Of a stretch of 32,000 nt of DNA, positions 29,828-32,000 are shown in pieces. The position numbers and the translations under genes were made by a program. The stretch comes from Prochlorococcus sp. MIT 0801 (lineage in GTDB: Bacteria; Cyanobacteriota; Cyanobacteriia; PCC-6307; Cyanobiaceae). Within the stretch, counting starts at the first letter, position 1, and each line of letters begins with the position of its first letter. The notes under the pieces are model-generated. The model made no database searches, was not told the DNA's origin, and saw only the letters and a list, made by a program, of their open reading frames with translations. The stretch covers positions 780,001 through 812,000 of the forward strand of contig NZ_CP007754.1 in the NCBI RefSeq assembly GCF_000757865.1, given 5' to 3'.

Positions 29828-31168
29828 TTATATTAATAGCAGAATAAAACTTATTGGGAACAATAATCTAGTTAAGAGTTTTATAATTATCTTTCTATTA
29901 TTCTTTATAGCCATATTAGGATTCTCCGGAGGATATTGCATTCCTCTATCGTCATGAACTGAGTTGGTCAATGAATTAGTGGGATGTATGTCCCATGGCT
30001 TTTCTTTATTTAAAGCATTTTGAAGCCAATCCCAGTAATATTGAACCATTTTATCTTCTCCTAATAGTTTTACATTATCTTTTTGTATGTAGCCCATTTG
30101 ATCATTAAAAGTTTGAGTTTTTAGGACTAAATAATCTTCACTAAAAATCTTATAAAATGTTCTTCTTTGTAGATGACTAAATAAAACTAGATTTGTAAAC
30201 AATTTATTTTTAAGGAATTTTCTATAATGCCTTACAATGACCCTTGCCTTATTATTTCCTAGTGGAATATGATCAAGAACTTGAATATATCTTGTACTTT
30301 CAGGTGAGCCTTTATATATAAAAATTCTTCCAGGAGGTACGAATTTTATTCTAATAAACTCTTCTTGCCCATTTGTTTTATATGAATATATACTTTCTAT
30401 TTGCCTATTATCTCTTTTTATTTTTTGATTGAAACTAGTTATTGTTTCCCTACTTACATTCTTGTCGGGGATGGTGTCTCCGTGCATCCAGAATACATGC
30501 AATATATCCAGATGATTTTCTATAATTCTTGCCCAATCTGCTTTGAAATCTACATAAACTTCTTCATATTCATATTCTAAAGATGGAAATCCATAGGAAT
30601 CAGGAAGAAGGCTATTGATTGAAGATTTAATTTGAAAGTCTTCAATGTTTGCTAATGGTGTCCCTGTATAATAAATATAAATATATCCTTCTTTCTCTAC
30701 ACATGGATATTGAAAGAGTTTTATACTTTTTGCATAATTATCGTAATTGGAATCAATAATATGTTGACAGGTTATTCTATCTAAATTTGTGCAACTTCCT
30801 TGAGATGAAAACCTTGCTCCGTGATAAGGACAAACAAGTTGTCCGTTAATCACTTCACCGCCTAGAAATGAAGCTCCTCTGTGAGGACATACATCTTTTA
30901 CGCATTTAACAATACCTTCTCTATCGCGATACAAAACAAGTGGCTCATTATAAATTGTGAAGTGATTTAATTTACCCTCCTTTATTGACTCGCTGCTTGA
31001 TACCGAATACCAACCTAGTAGTCCATTTGTTAGTTGATTAGATGGCTTGGGAGCAATATTCTCTAAATCTTTTACACTTTCTTTCTCATTAAGAGTAGAT
31101 CTAATGAGGTTATTAGTCTCATATTCAAATGATTTATTATTTTTTCCATTTTCTTCGTTCATAGCCAA
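29828..31168 (-). CDS. Rieske [2Fe-2S] / mononuclear non-haem-iron oxygenase with a C-terminal membrane anchor; candidate divergent chlorophyllide a oxygenase
   Basis: Rieske motif CPHRG-x14-CPYHG (CxH-x16-CxxH). Mononuclear-iron motif ENHLDILHVFWMH (E-x3-D-x2-H-x4-H). C-terminal TM LLTRLLFPISFILLLI. The oxygenase family call is firm; the substrate assignment is inference. Confidence 0.8.
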   Translation of the reverse strand: MAMNEENGKNNKSFEYETNNLIRSTLNEKESVKDLENIAPKPSNQLTNGLLGWYSVSSSESIKEGKLNHFTIYNEPLVLYRDREGIVKCVKDVCPHRGASFLGGEVINGQLVCPYHGARFSSQGSCTNLDRITCQHIIDSNYDNYAKSIKLFQYPCVEKEGYIYIYYTGTPLANIEDFQIKSSINSLLPDSYGFPSLEYEYEEVYVDFKADWARIIENHLDILHVFWMHGDTIPDKNVSRETITSFNQKIKRDNRQIESIYSYKTNGQEEFIRIKFVPPGRIFIYKGSPESTRYIQVLDHIPLGNNKARVIVRHYRKFLKNKLFTNLVLFSHLQRRTFYKIFSEDYLVLKTQTFNDQMGYIQKDNVKLLGEDKMVQYYWDWLQNALNKEKPWDIHPTNSLTNSVHDDRGMQYPPENPNMAIKNNRKIIIKLLTRLLFPISFILLLI

Positions 31169-31354
31169 TCAGCTCTTTTAGTGAGAAAAAATTTGGCTCA
31201 TCTAAAGAGTATTCTCATGATATGTTTAAAGTCTCAAAAAAATAGCACCTAATGCCTTCCAGTATCGATTAAATTTACATAAAAAAACTTCAAAGTTTTT
31301 TCCACGTTGAAATCAATTTGTTTAAGTCATTATTAACGTTTAAAAATCCCTTTT

Positions 31355-31594
31355 TTAAAGGGTTTTAGGAGAGAACTCAATGCTTGATACAAATTCTGAT
31401 GCTTCGTTTATGTCATTGCAAAACTTACATGTTCCTAGATAGCATCCTAGGTATCTCATGAAGGAAGTTTTTCCGCCTGAAAGTTGATATCTATGAATGG
31501 TACCTCCCTGAGGGGTGGCTTTAACTAGTTGAGGTAAAGTAGTCATTAACAAATTACTTTTTTCTAAGTTGCTTATTAAATCGATAAATTGCAA
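31355..31594 (-). CDS. Hypothetical small protein (79 aa from TTG, or 63 aa from the ATG at 31546)
   Basis: ORF only. Contains CYLGTCKFC. No family recognised. Confidence 0.3.
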   Translation of the reverse strand: MQFIDLISNLEKSNLLMTTLPQLVKATPQGGTIHRYQLSGGKTSFMRYLGCYLGTCKFCNDINEASEFVSSIEFSPKTL

Positions 31595-31671
31595 TGAGTA
31601 TATTTACGAAAACAGTTAAGTTTTTAATGTCTTTTGCTTTTCTTTATTTTTTATAGGCCCAAATGAGATAA

Positions 31672-31842
31672 CTAATCCGCGTATCCATCATCATCTTCTC
31701 TATTGATTATTCTAGGGGTATTCTTGACATGTTCGTCCCATGGATGAACATATGATTCTTTATCTGAGTAGACCTCGCTCTTCAACTCTTCTATCAAAGT
31801 TTCAAATTGTTTGATAATTCTCTTTAGATTGTCTTTTTTCAT
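31672..31842 (-). CDS. Hypothetical 56-aa protein MKKDNLKRIIKQFETLIEELKSEVYSDKESYVHPWDEHVKNTPRIINREDDDGYAD
   Basis: ATG...TAG ORF below the track cutoff. Soluble, helical N-terminus and acidic tail. No family recognised. Confidence 0.3.
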   Translation of the reverse strand: MKKDNLKRIIKQFETLIEELKSEVYSDKESYVHPWDEHVKNTPRIINREDDDGYAD

Positions 31843-32000
31843 TTATATAGTTCCTGATTTATAAAATTATTTATTTATTATAATAGTTTATTCATTGATT
31901 TGATGTTTACTTAATTATTTTGAACCTTTCTGAATGCTAACTTTGATAAATTATTGAATGACTGAGTTTGTGAATATAAAAGAATTCGCCAATAAATCTG

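Noticed and set aside
31282-31301. Palindrome AAAAAACTT-CA-AAGTTTTTT between the 79-aa ORF and the Rieske gene
   Set aside because: The stem is almost pure A/T and the loop is only 2 nt, so it is too weak and sterically strained to call as a terminator.
31958-32000. Possible start of a plus-strand CDS (MTEFVNIKEFANKS...) at the window edge
   Set aside because: Only 14 codons are visible, so neither coding status nor function can be supported.

Overview
This is a low-GC (roughly 30%), very gene-dense chromosomal segment. It reads as core genome of a high-light-adapted Prochlorococcus marinus. The diagnostic gene is pcb (divinyl-chlorophyll a/b antenna, IsiA/CP43 family). It sits among housekeeping genes: purS-purQ, class I aldolase, accD, prk, leuB, lpxD, proB, ruvX, hisA, pgsA and nth. 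I support about 40 CDS, two strong bidirectional rho-independent terminators and two perfect microsatellites. I saw no rRNA, tRNA, CRISPR, transposase, integrase or phage-like genes, so most of the window is ordinary core genome. Six things deserve a second look. (1) A complete YqeG-type HAD phosphatase gene is missing from the ORF track because it has no ATG/GTG/TTG start. It appears to begin at an ATA embedded in an ATAA stop/start overlap. (2) In 23.7-31.2 kb, an orphan ABC ATPase, ferritin, a Crp-family regulator with a small low-GC partner ORF, pcb and a Rieske/mononuclear-iron oxygenase (candidate chlorophyllide a oxygenase) lie together. (3) A gap of about 0.98 kb (20033-21010) has only 13-18% GC in two hand-counted samples. 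It contains a near-consensus promoter driving a 26-aa hydrophobic micropeptide. (4) A minimal orphan A24 prepilin-peptidase-like gene is present. (5) A perfect (GACCAT)6 repeat encodes (DH)6 in a COG0523 metallochaperone, and a (TAAATAA)7 repeat sits at the ferritin stop. (6) The antenna gene pcb uses a GTG start. All functional calls come from motif and family recognition by eye; no database search was run.
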